Positions 50,071 through 59,769 of a stretch of DNA of 64,000 nucleotides are shown one piece after another. The position numbers were made by a program, and so were the translations under genes. The stretch lies in the NCBI GenBank assembly GCA_035353675.1, contig DAOQAA010000003.1, positions 781-64,780 on the forward strand. The letters are read 5' to 3'. Within the stretch, counting starts at the first letter, position 1. The number at the start of each line of letters is the position of its first letter. Source of the DNA: Methanoregula sp. GTDB taxonomy: Archaea > Halobacteriota > Methanomicrobia > Methanomicrobiales > Methanospirillaceae. Below the pieces are notes generated by a model that was given only the letters and a program-made list of their open reading frames with translations, made no database searches and was not told the DNA's origin.

Positions 50071-50958
50071 ATGGTCGTACTCAGGACGGGCCCGGTGACA
50101 GTCGGTGGTGTGGCACTTGACAACCATCTTGTCCTTGCTGCCGGGGTTCTTGGAACAACCGGGGCATCCCTTTCGCGGATGCTTGCCCGGGGCGCCGGTG
50201 GCGTGGTGACCAAATCGATTGGTCCGCAGCCAAAAAACGGGCATGCCGGACCGTGCGTTGCTGTACTTGATAACGGGATAATAAATGCCATGGGGCTCCC
50301 CAACCCGTCAAAGGATTTTACCGACGAACTGAAAAATCTCGGTAATAAACCGGTAATCGTCAGTATATTCGGTGGGAACCCGGAGGAATTTGCAGAAGTC
50401 GCCGGTTGGTTTAAAGGAAAGGCCGCCGGTTTTGAACTCAATCTTTCCTGTCCCCATGCGGAAGGCTACGGTGCGGCAATTGGTGTCGATCCCGCTCTTG
50501 TCGAAGCCTGTACCCGCGCGGTAAGCGCTCTCGGTATGCCGACATGGGTTAAACTCACCCCGAATGTCACCGATATTACTGCAATCGGAAAAGCAGCGGA
50601 GCGGGGAGGGGCGACTGCAATCGTCGCTATCAATACTCTAAAAGCGATGCGCATATCGACAGCGCTCAGGCGCCCGGTGCTCGGCAACAGGTACGGCGGG
50701 CTTTCCGGGGAGGCAATCTTTCCGGTAGCAGTGCGCTGCGTTTACGAACTTTACGAAGCCTGCAAAATTCCCATCATCGGGTGCGGCGGAGTATCCACAG
50801 CAGATAATGTGATCGAGATGATGATGGCCGGCGCACAGGCTGTCGAAATTGGCAGTGCAGTCCAGAAGGATATCAGCATCTTTGAGACCATTAAAAGTGG
50901 ATTATACGCGAAAAAAGGCATCGCACCGGAAAATATTGTGGGGTGCGCCCATGAGTGA
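50071..50958 (+). CDS. pyrD: Dihydroorotate dehydrogenase 1B, catalytic subunit
   Basis: VVTKS, NAMGLPNP, ELNLSCPH, VKLTPNVTDI, AINT and GGLSG motifs. Confidence 0.96.
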   Translation: MVVLRTGPVTVGGVALDNHLVLAAGVLGTTGASLSRMLARGAGGVVTKSIGPQPKNGHAGPCVAVLDNGIINAMGLPNPSKDFTDELKNLGNKPVIVSIFGGNPEEFAEVAGWFKGKAAGFELNLSCPHAEGYGAAIGVDPALVEACTRAVSALGMPTWVKLTPNVTDITAIGKAAERGGATAIVAINTLKAMRISTALRRPVLGNRYGGLSGEAIFPVAVRCVYELYEACKIPIIGCGGVSTADNVIEMMMAGAQAVEIGSAVQKDISIFETIKSGLYAKKGIAPENIVGCAHE

Positions 50959-51715
50959 TCAGCTGCCAGTCCAGGTTTCCATTACCGAGGTAAAAGATGA
51001 AACCCCCTCGGTAAAAACATTTTTCTTTGATCGCGAGTTTTCTTTTGAACCCGGCCAGTTCGTCATGGTCTGGGTGCCGGGTGTCGATGAAGTACCGATG
51101 GCTCTTTCTTCGGCTAACAGCATCACCGTCCAGAAAGTCGGCGATGCTACCGGGGCGATGTTCGGATTTTCCGCAGGTAACCCGCTTGGTATCCGGGGGC
51201 CGTTTGGCAACGGGTTTACCAAAGGTGAGAAGATGCTTGCCATTGCCGGCGGTGTCGGGGCAGCTCCCCTCCTGCCGCTTGCCCGGGCTGATTGTGTCAT
51301 GACGATGCTTCTTGGGGCACGGACCGAGAAAGAACTCCTCTTTGTGGACCAGCTGGATGAAAGCACCGATGTCCTGATCGCAACCGATGACGGTTCACTT
51401 GGGCAGCGCGGATTTGTTACAGATCTCATGAATGACCTGAACCTTGCCATCTATGACCGGATTGCTGTCTGCGGGCCGGAACCGATGATGAGAGCTGTGC
51501 TTGCAAAAATCGATAGCGCAGGGTTTGCAGCAAAAACTGAATTCTCCCTTCACCGGTACATGAAATGCGGGGTTGGGATCTGCGGGTCATGCTGTATCGA
51601 CCCGGACGGCCTGCGGGTCTGCCGGGACGGTCCGATATTTTCCGGCGACAAACTCAAAAAAAGTGAGTTTGGGCATTACATGCGGGACGCAAGCGGCAGG
51701 AAGAAAAATATCTGA
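50951..51715 (+). CDS. pyrK: Dihydroorotate dehydrogenase electron transfer subunit
   Basis: PGQFVMVW, RGPFGNGF, AGGVG, CGPEPMM and MKCGVGICGSC...C [2Fe-2S] motif; start at ATG 50951. Confidence 0.95.
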   Translation: MSDQLPVQVSITEVKDETPSVKTFFFDREFSFEPGQFVMVWVPGVDEVPMALSSANSITVQKVGDATGAMFGFSAGNPLGIRGPFGNGFTKGEKMLAIAGGVGAAPLLPLARADCVMTMLLGARTEKELLFVDQLDESTDVLIATDDGSLGQRGFVTDLMNDLNLAIYDRIAVCGPEPMMRAVLAKIDSAGFAAKTEFSLHRYMKCGVGICGSCCIDPDGLRVCRDGPIFSGDKLKKSEFGHYMRDASGRKKNI

Positions 51716-51874
51716 CCGGGGGATTTCCCAAAAAAATCACCGGCTTGCTCCGGTATTACTCTTTTTATCGTGTAAAAAACCGCTAAAGAATTACAAAAAC
51801 GCCCTTTTTTGTCTCCGGTAATTCCTGACTGTGCCCCCCTTTTCAGCAGGGCATGCTCTTTAAAACTTTTTTGG

Positions 51875-52210
51875 GCCACCCCCACCCGATGCCGACACTG
51901 GAGAGGGTGTCCTGTTTTATTCATGAATGTGTGGAGGGGGCAGGGGGGTTACCCTTGATCGGTATTGCCCGGATGGCCACATTCTCCCATTACATGAAAG
52001 GCAGACCCCCTCTTCCTTCACAGGTGGGAGGGGGTGGCACTTAAGTTCAGGACGATAGCCTTCACGCGAATCACACGGTTTGGGACTGGAATTCCGGGGG
52101 TGACCCCCTCCTTTTGTTGACACGGGTGGGGGTGTCATACATTTTCCCGGAAAACCCGTTGGGGGGGGGGAGGGGGGTCCCGGATTTTTTTAAGGAGGGG
52201 ACTACCCACC
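51875..52210. repeat. G/C-tract palindromic repeat cluster, copy C (largest)
   Basis: Contains matches to copy A (52096-52113) and copy B (51875-51913), plus further CCCCCTC...GGGAGGGGG hairpins; lies between convergent genes. Confidence 0.7.
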
Positions 52211-52401
52211 ATCACCAATGAGAGATGAGGTTGTGCAGAGAGGACTATATTCTAAAAAGATGTGTACTAAAAACACGCTGTGATCCGGTGGATCACAGAG
52301 AAGTATGAAAAACAAAACACCCTTTGCGGAATCAGAGTTTTCATACCGGCAATCGTTTTTTCAGGATTGGCCAGCCAGGATCAGGCACTCCGGTTTACAC
52401 A

Positions 52402-53883
52402 TCAGTGCCCAATGGCAGGTATATCGGTTTTGGGGACAAACCGGTAACTTCCCCTGGGGACATGTATGTCGAACCGTGCCCCATTCCCGGGAGTGCCCGT
52501 CTCTTTTATGGACAATCCGGTTATACCAAGGATTTCCACGATCAAAAACAGCCCGTATCCCGTATTGCGGAAATATTCACGCCGGAATATCCGCTCCTCT
52601 GCACCTTCGGGGATACCAATTCCGTTATCTTCGCAGGAGATTACAAGATCCGTGTCATTTTCACAACAGGAAAATCGGATTACCTTCACGTGCTTCCCAT
52701 GGACAAGCGCGTTCTGGATAAGGTTCGTAAACACCTTCGGAAAAGCCACATCCGCAAAGACCTCAAGATTATTGATGTCTATGTCGAGCATCACTCCATT
52801 AAGGTTCATCCCGTAAATCGATGTTTTGATTGTTGCGCCGATGTCCTGCCAGCGGGGCTTGCTCTCGCCGATTGCCTGGTAATCCCGGGTAAACTGGATC
52901 TGTTTCTGGATCATCCTTGTGATATTCTCGATCTTTTCAAGGTACCCGATAATATTCGGGTCGGTCTCTGCTTCCCGGATAAGCGCAAGATACATCACAA
53001 CAGCTGTTATCTGGTTGAGAATATCGTGGCGGGTGATGCTTGAAAGGGTATTGAGTTTGTGATTGGCAAGCTGGATGGCGGACTCGAACCGTTTGCGTTC
53101 ATCAATTTCAGCTGTTAGTTCTGCATTAGCATGTAATAGTTCCCGGGTCCGTTCGTTTACTCGGTATTCAAGGTCTTCGCGGGCTTTCTCGATAACCTGT
53201 TCCGCCATTTTTCTGGAGGTAATATCGATTGCCGAGCAAATCACAAGGGTCTCCCTGATAACGGTTGCAGAGACAAGGAACTGGCGTTTTGCGTTGTCGC
53301 GGGCCGTAAAGACCAGTTCAATGTCAGTAGTATTCTTACCTTCCCGGATTTGCCGGACGAAGCGGTCCCGGCTTTCTGCATCAGGGATGATGCGCGACAA
53401 ATCAGACCCGGTAAGTTCTGTACTTTCATACCTGAGCATATTCGCACATTTTTTGTTTATCTCATTGATTTTCAGGCTGTCACGGTTGAAGGTAAATATG
53501 CCGGCCTGTGTGTTTTCAAAAATGCCCTTGTATTTCCGCTCTTCTTCCCTTAAGCCCTCGGCAAATGATGAGGTTACAACGCCGATGGTGATAAATACAA
53601 CAAACCACGCGGTCGAAACCGCCACAGCATCCGGGTTAAAACCGCTGTAAAAGTAAACAAGCAGGATATATACCGTGCTGATTCCAAGCGTGAAAAGTAC
53701 CCCACGGTCCGGGCAGAAATAGACAAACAGGATAATAGGGAGGAAATATATGAAAGGGAACACTTCGTAAATCCCGAGAGAGAGAGAATAGATTGTTGAT
53801 ATTATCGTCACAATAATTGAGATGAGAATCGTTACCGTCCAGTAAATCTGCTGCTTTTTTTCAAGGGACATATCGATACTCAT
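52402..53883 (-). CDS. Membrane PAS histidine kinase
   Basis: Four TM helices, PAS, H-box TRHDILNQ, N-box NLIQNA, EDNGIGI and GYGLF. Confidence 0.93.
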   Translation of the reverse strand: MSIDMSLEKKQQIYWTVTILISIIVTIISTIYSLSLGIYEVFPFIYFLPIILFVYFCPDRGVLFTLGISTVYILLVYFYSGFNPDAVAVSTAWFVVFITIGVVTSSFAEGLREEERKYKGIFENTQAGIFTFNRDSLKINEINKKCANMLRYESTELTGSDLSRIIPDAESRDRFVRQIREGKNTTDIELVFTARDNAKRQFLVSATVIRETLVICSAIDITSRKMAEQVIEKAREDLEYRVNERTRELLHANAELTAEIDERKRFESAIQLANHKLNTLSSITRHDILNQITAVVMYLALIREAETDPNIIGYLEKIENITRMIQKQIQFTRDYQAIGESKPRWQDIGATIKTSIYGMNLNGVMLDIDINNLEVFADVAFPKVFTNLIQNALVHGKHVKVIRFSCCENDTDLVISCEDNGIGIPEGAEERIFRREYFRNTGYGLFLIVEILGITGLSIKETGTPGNGARFDIHVPRGSYRFVPKTDIPAIGH

Positions 53884-54737
53884 GGTCGTTTCGCCTTTGT
53901 GTTACGGGACTCGTCCTCGCGTTCTTTTGAAAGGAGCGCCTGTTCAAGCGTGCGGCGCTCCCTGATTTCTGCCCGCAGGTCGTCGTTTAACTTTTCAAGG
54001 TGTGCCGTACGTTCCCGTACCTGCCGTTCGAGATCTTCAAGAGTCTCGCGGATCTGTTCATCATCAGCCGTTACCTCCATAACATTGACAACAGAACAGA
54101 GCACGGTATCGTTTGTTACATAAAGGGGGGTAATGATACAGTGAAGCATACCTCCGTTTTTCTGCCGGAAAACGACTTTGGATTCTGCACCGGTTTTTTG
54201 TGATTTTACATCGTCCAAAAACCGCCGTTGCGCCTCAGTATCCGTCCAGATTATATTTACAGGCCTGTCCTCAAGTTCTTTTTCTGAATACAACAGCCAC
54301 TGTGCGCATTTTTGGTTGGTACTTTTGATACGCAGGGTCACGGGATTAAAACAGAAAGTGCCATCCCGGGTATTTTCAAGAATATGCCGGATCCGTGATT
54401 TTTTTTCAATGAGGCCATTTGCATAAGAAGACGAGACTACTGCAATGGTGATAAAAATTGCAAACCAGGCTGTGGAAACCGCAACAAGGACGGGATCAAA
54501 TTCCCCGAGCAGGTATACAAAGGCGATATAGACAATACTTATTGCAAGCGCAAAGAGGACGGCACGACGTGGCCAGAACCAGACAACACAGATTATGGGA
54601 AGGATGTAAAGGAACGGGTATACTGAAAGGATGTCATGAGTAAGGGAGAAAATCGTACCGATAATGGCACACAGAGATGTCAAAAGAACGATAGAGACCT
54701 CAAGCAGTGTTTTTTTATCGCATGAAAGAGGGCCCAT
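53880..54737 (-). CDS. Membrane PAS protein without a kinase domain (paralog of the N-terminal half of 52402..53883)
   Basis: Shares PF.Y.LPII, AVSTAWF..FIT, ENT..G.F.FN and V.ERT..L with the kinase; ATGA overlap with it. Confidence 0.85.
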   Translation of the reverse strand: MGPLSCDKKTLLEVSIVLLTSLCAIIGTIFSLTHDILSVYPFLYILPIICVVWFWPRRAVLFALAISIVYIAFVYLLGEFDPVLVAVSTAWFAIFITIAVVSSSYANGLIEKKSRIRHILENTRDGTFCFNPVTLRIKSTNQKCAQWLLYSEKELEDRPVNIIWTDTEAQRRFLDDVKSQKTGAESKVVFRQKNGGMLHCIITPLYVTNDTVLCSVVNVMEVTADDEQIRETLEDLERQVRERTAHLEKLNDDLRAEIRERRTLEQALLSKEREDESRNTKAKRP

Positions 54738-54910
54738 ATCTGTGTTCCCGCGTGACAGGGAGAAAATGCACCTGCCACTATAAATTCACTACTCAAACTG
54801 TGAGATTTTAACACATATAATGTTAGAGGAATAAATCCGGGGTTTACAAAACCGTATTTGACAATGCAAAATCCTGTTTTCGCTTTATTTATACGGTGCC
54901 AGAACGTCGT

Positions 54911-55528
54911 TCACGGGACCGGCTGACCGGGCTTTTCTGAAGATGTGCCGTTGATGTGCTCCAGTTCTTCAAGCTTGTTGATGTTCATAAACGTCCTGAG
55001 ATCCGGGTCAAATGCCCGCAGTTCTTCAACCGGGATATAACGGCTGTTTATCGACTGGATCATTGCACGGAGCGAGAGGGACGTGTGGCTTTCAAGGTAC
55101 GAGAGAAGCGCAGTCCGCCGGTAAACTGCATGAAGGGGTTCAAGCATCCGTTCGTTCCATTGGGGAATTGCTGCATCATACTCACCAACAGCATCAAAAA
55201 GGTACGAAACCACGGATGTTTCAACGCAGGGCATGTCGCATGCCGATACAAAAACAAGATCTCCTTTTGCCACAAGGGATCCTGCATGGAGCCCGCCGAT
55301 TGGACCAAGGCCCTGCCGGATATCGCTTGTGCAGGTAACGTTGCCAACCTCCCTGAAACGGGTACATTGCGCAGGATCACGGGCGACAATGACAATTTCA
55401 TCGACAATTCCTGACAACGAACCGACCAGCCGTTCGATGAACGTCTTTCCTTCGTATGTAAAGAAGTATTTCTCCTGGCCGTTTGCCCGCCGTGCCTCTC
55501 CCCCGGCAAGAATTATCGCAGATCGCAT
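54911..55528 (-). CDS. mobA: Molybdenum cofactor guanylyltransferase
   Basis: ILAGGEARR, GPIGGL, ACDMP, EPLHAVY and NIN motifs. Confidence 0.9.
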   Translation of the reverse strand: MRSAIILAGGEARRANGQEKYFFTYEGKTFIERLVGSLSGIVDEIVIVARDPAQCTRFREVGNVTCTSDIRQGLGPIGGLHAGSLVAKGDLVFVSACDMPCVETSVVSYLFDAVGEYDAAIPQWNERMLEPLHAVYRRTALLSYLESHTSLSLRAMIQSINSRYIPVEELRAFDPDLRTFMNINKLEELEHINGTSSEKPGQPVP

Positions 55529-55764
55529 TATGTGACTCCTGTGAGTATGGGGAAATTACCGGGAGAACGGTCAGAGTCAGGCTGATTGAAATAATCTTGC
55601 CATTTTTTATATGCACAGGAGAGGTCTGCGGCCACAGGCCAGTCATCAGCATGGACTCTTCGCATCAGTATTTCCATCATTATTCTCCCCGGTTGATAAC
55701 AATAATTTACCGGGATACAATTAGATATACCGAAATAATCCGGAAGGCTTGTGCACATTTTTAT

Positions 55765-56214
55765 TCACTGGCCCAATCGTTTTTTGCCTTTTTTTTCGAG
55801 CAAAAGAAGCAGTTCCTTAATCTCGATTGCAGGTGAAAAACCACCAATTCCCTTTGCTGCCACAATCCGGTGACATGGCACGACAAGAGGTGTGGGGTTG
55901 TGAGCCATCGCCCGACCTACAGCACGGGGTGATGTCCCCACTTGTGCCGCAATCTCCCCGTAGGTGGCAGTGCTGCCATAGGGCACATTCCGGACCGCCC
56001 GGTAAATCCGGGCGGAAACGGTGTCGCCTTCGCAGGCAACAGTATCCCACTCTTTCAGGTCAACAAACCGGCCTGCACAGTACTGCCGGATGGACGCCGG
56101 GACCGGACCGGTTATCTCGGTCGGAGCAAACCGGACGCGGTGAATAGTATTCCCGCTCCACCAGACATGGACGTACCAGAGGCCGAGCCGGCATGATCCC
56201 CCGGTTACTTCCAT
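55765..56214 (-). CDS. ogt: Methylated-DNA-protein-cysteine methyltransferase
   Basis: VPYG...TYGEIA, RAVG.A...NP and active-site PCHR. Confidence 0.92.
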   Translation of the reverse strand: MEVTGGSCRLGLWYVHVWWSGNTIHRVRFAPTEITGPVPASIRQYCAGRFVDLKEWDTVACEGDTVSARIYRAVRNVPYGSTATYGEIAAQVGTSPRAVGRAMAHNPTPLVVPCHRIVAAKGIGGFSPAIEIKELLLLLEKKGKKRLGQ

Positions 56215-58211
56215 TTCGCGATCACCTCGCGGAACTTCGCGCTGTCACACTCGATCATTTCTTCCTGCATCCATACCGGCAGCGCAGATTTGACCCGCTT
56301 TTCAAGGAACCGGCGTTCGCCAAGCACAAGGACCCCACGGTCCTCCGGGGTGCGCAGCACGCGCCCGAGTGCCTGGAGCGCCCGGTTGATCGCCGGCAGC
56401 GTGTAGCAGAGGAACTCCCCTTCATCGCCATATTTGTGCCGGAAGTACTCGATGACCATTTTCCGTACCCGGTTAAAGGGGGCTAGCGGAAGACCGATCA
56501 CCATCGCCCCGGAAAGCATCTCTCCCCGGTAGTCCAGCCCCTCGCTCCATTTCCCCCCGCAAACCGCAAACATAATACCGGACTCTCCTTTAGAGGGAAG
56601 GGAGAGGAACTCGTTAAGCGCTGCGCCGGCTTCTGCCGGGTCCCGGGGTTCGATATACATCTTGCGCCGACTGACTGAATCCGCAGCAAGCGAGGCATAG
56701 GATTCAAGGATTTGGTAACTGGGAAAATAGATCGCCCGGTTCTTTTTAAGCGCGGCAAACGCGGTGATATACCGCACGATCTTTTCCGTATTCTCCCTGC
56801 TCTGCCGGAGCGAATATGCAGTCGTAATGTCTGTAGCACAGCAGATGAGCCGGTTCTCTTTTGGGAACGAATTTGGCAGTGCAAGAGTGGAGACTTTCGC
56901 GTCATTAAAATAAAGCCGCCGGTAACTTTCGACCGGGGATAATGTGCCGGAAATCAGGATGCAGCAGGCATGCTGGGAGCAGATCTCCGTAAGCGGGGCG
57001 GATGGATCGATGTTCCGTACTTCAAGGACAATCCCCTCATCGGTCTTTTTGTATACGGTAAGGTATGCCGGGTCATGAGCGGACTGCGAGAGCCGGAACA
57101 TGAAAATGGTCAGGCGCTCAATCGCGGTCTCACGGAACTCGCCGGCCTTCTGGTTTTTTTCACGGACAGTCTCGGCAAGACCCATGAGTTCATCTACGAT
57201 CTCGTCCATGTCCTTCCAGAGCGAGCCCCTGACAATCATCCGGTCAAAGATCCCGGGATCGAACCAGTCCTCGGGCTCCGGGGAATTTAAAAGGCCACGG
57301 ATGAACTCGGACAGCCGGGGAAGGACATGCCGGACAGCCTCTGCCCCTTTGTGGACGCGTTTCATACCCGCAAGCTCGCGGGTCGCCTGTTCGAGGTCCT
57401 TTTCAGCAAGCTCAATGCTTTCAATCGACTGGATTGTCTCGCCGCAGTTATGGGCTTCATCGATAAGGAGCATCACATCCTGTGGCTCGACATTAAGATT
57501 CGCATACAGCTGCTCGCGGATCTCGCGGTCAAACAGGTGATGGTAATTGAGGATGATCACATCCGCGCCCTTTGCCGCGTGCATCATGAGTTCATAGGGA
57601 CAGATATCGCCGGCAAAACCAACGACTTCCTGGGGCCGGACGGGATCAGCAAGCACCCGTTCTGCTTTCGAGCGCACCGATGTGGAAGGCACCATCTTCA
57701 CGCCACCGGTGTCCCCGGGCACAAACATTTTGCTCGCGATAAAATACGGGCAGATAAGCGGGTGCTCGCGGTCCATCCGCCGGATCTGCTGGACGATAAA
57801 CGGGTCCTTTATCGGGACAAGGGCGCCCCTGTCCGCCCGGTCACGCATGAGCGTTGACGAAAATGCCTTGACACCTTCGCAGCGCCGGTAAACATCCCCC
57901 TCGCCACCCAGCGGGCACATGCTCTTTTTCCCGACAAGATAGACCGTCTTTAACTTCGGCTGCTTCTTTTTCACAAGCGCAAGTTCGCGGATAAAGGTCG
58001 TCAGCTGGCTGACGGTCCGGACAGCGATTACAATTTTTTTGTCTTTGCGTTCGGCAAGAAGGGACGCAACAACACTGGACTTCCCGCTCCCGGTCGGTGC
58101 ATCGATCATGCCGATCCCGCCCTCGCGGGCGACATCAGCGGCAAATGCAAGCATTTCTCGCTGGTGGGGGCGATATTCTGAATACGGGAAGAAAGGATCA
58201 AAACTGTCCAT
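56205..58211 (-). CDS. xpd: XPD/Rad3/DinG family Fe-S DNA helicase
   Basis: Q-motif YRPHQ, APTGSGKS, four Fe-S cysteines, DEAHN, SGTL, EGLDY and QALGRVLR; start at ATG 58211. Confidence 0.92.
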   Translation of the reverse strand: MDSFDPFFPYSEYRPHQREMLAFAADVAREGGIGMIDAPTGSGKSSVVASLLAERKDKKIVIAVRTVSQLTTFIRELALVKKKQPKLKTVYLVGKKSMCPLGGEGDVYRRCEGVKAFSSTLMRDRADRGALVPIKDPFIVQQIRRMDREHPLICPYFIASKMFVPGDTGGVKMVPSTSVRSKAERVLADPVRPQEVVGFAGDICPYELMMHAAKGADVIILNYHHLFDREIREQLYANLNVEPQDVMLLIDEAHNCGETIQSIESIELAEKDLEQATRELAGMKRVHKGAEAVRHVLPRLSEFIRGLLNSPEPEDWFDPGIFDRMIVRGSLWKDMDEIVDELMGLAETVREKNQKAGEFRETAIERLTIFMFRLSQSAHDPAYLTVYKKTDEGIVLEVRNIDPSAPLTEICSQHACCILISGTLSPVESYRRLYFNDAKVSTLALPNSFPKENRLICCATDITTAYSLRQSRENTEKIVRYITAFAALKKNRAIYFPSYQILESYASLAADSVSRRKMYIEPRDPAEAGAALNEFLSLPSKGESGIMFAVCGGKWSEGLDYRGEMLSGAMVIGLPLAPFNRVRKMVIEYFRHKYGDEGEFLCYTLPAINRALQALGRVLRTPEDRGVLVLGERRFLEKRVKSALPVWMQEEMIECDSAKFREVIAKWK

Positions 58212-58323
58212 TGCCGGCTTATATTTGGCGCTTATGGGTTTTATGGGCGTCGATAAGATTCCGGATGGCTTTCCCGCGAGGCTATGCTCAACGCTAATAT
58301 TCCCGCGCAACCCATCTGATCCT

Positions 58324-59664
58324 ATGGCAGTTCACCCCATCGAGTACCGGTACGGCACAACGGAAATGCGCGCCGTCTGGAGCGAGGAGAACCGGTTTTC
58401 CTGTATTGTAGCTGCGGAAGTCGCGCTCGCAAAGGCTGAGGCAAAACATGGCCTCGTCCCTGCAGATGCGGCAATTGAGATCGCAGAAAACGCACAGAAA
58501 GCATCCCTTGACCGTGCAAAGGAAATAGAGGCAGAGATCAGCCACGACATGATGGCGATTGTAAAATCAGTCTCCGAAGTCTGCGGGGAATCCGGGCGGT
58601 GGGTGCACTACGGGGCCACATCAAATGATATCCTCGACACGGCTACCGGTCTCCAGCTGGCACAGGCAATGGACCTCATCGATGCGAAACTGCGGAGTCT
58701 CCTTGGAGTGCTGATCCGGCGGGCAGAGGAAACAAAGACTCTTGTGGCTGTCGGAAGGACACACGGGCAGCAGGGCGTGCCGACAACCTACGGCCTCCGG
58801 TTTGCAATATGGGCAAGTGAGGTCGGCCGTCATATCGAACGGCTGGAACAGATGCGCCCCCGGGTCGCTGTCGGGCAGATGACCGGCGCAGTAGGGACAC
58901 AGGCCGCGATTGGCCCGAAGGGAATGGACGTGCAGGAAACGATGATGGAGCACCTCCACCTCAACTCTGTCGATGTTTCAAACCAGGTAATCTCGCGGGA
59001 CCGGTATGCAGAATATTTCATGTTCTGTGCAAACGTCGCCACGACACTTGACAAAATTGGCGTCGAGATCCGTTCGCTCCAGCGCACGGAGATTGGCGAA
59101 GTCGAGGAGGCTTTTGGCGCAAAACAGGTGGGTTCATCGACAATGCCCCACAAGCGGAATCCCATAAAATCAGAACAGGTCTGCGGCCTTGCGAGGATTA
59201 TCCGTTCATCAGTAGAACCGGCGCTCCTCAACAATACGCTGTGGGACGAACGTGACCTTACCAACTCTTCCTGTGAACGGGTGATCTTCCCAGAAGCATC
59301 GATCCTTACCGATCACTGCATCAGGCTCATGACGACAGTGCTCGACAACCTCGTGATCAACCGCGCAGGGATCCGGCGCAACCTCGCGTTCCTCCATGGG
59401 ATCAATATGGCGGAATCGGTCATGATCGAACTCACCCGGCGGGGCATGAACCGGCAGGACGCACACGAACGGGTACGTCTCGCAAGCATGCAGGCGCTTG
59501 CCGAGTGCCGGCCGCTTGCCGATGTGCTCGGCGCAGACTCCGAAGTCATCCGTTTCTGCAAGCGGGACGAACTCGTATCCCTCCTCGCGCCGGATTCTTA
59601 TATCGGGACTTCTGTTGAACAGGTCAACAGGGTGATTGAAAAACTCAGGCCCTTTGTTCTCTGA
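58324..59664 (+). CDS. purB: Adenylosuccinate lyase
   Basis: HPIEYRYG, HYGATSND, GRTHGQ and GSSTMPHKRNP signature; start at ATG 58324. Confidence 0.97.
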   Translation: MAVHPIEYRYGTTEMRAVWSEENRFSCIVAAEVALAKAEAKHGLVPADAAIEIAENAQKASLDRAKEIEAEISHDMMAIVKSVSEVCGESGRWVHYGATSNDILDTATGLQLAQAMDLIDAKLRSLLGVLIRRAEETKTLVAVGRTHGQQGVPTTYGLRFAIWASEVGRHIERLEQMRPRVAVGQMTGAVGTQAAIGPKGMDVQETMMEHLHLNSVDVSNQVISRDRYAEYFMFCANVATTLDKIGVEIRSLQRTEIGEVEEAFGAKQVGSSTMPHKRNPIKSEQVCGLARIIRSSVEPALLNNTLWDERDLTNSSCERVIFPEASILTDHCIRLMTTVLDNLVINRAGIRRNLAFLHGINMAESVMIELTRRGMNRQDAHERVRLASMQALAECRPLADVLGADSEVIRFCKRDELVSLLAPDSYIGTSVEQVNRVIEKLRPFVL

Positions 59665-59769
59665 TTTCCTTTCCTTTTTTCAAATAAAAGATTACAAAGT
59701 AAAAATTTCAAAAACAAAAAGATAACTATAATGACAGATTTATACCTACCAAGGTGAAAAATTCTGGTA

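Noticed and set aside
58039-58323. Apparent head-to-head overlap of purB and the XPD helicase
   Set aside because: Artefact of longest-ORF calling; homology begins at 58324 (purB) and 58211 (xpd)
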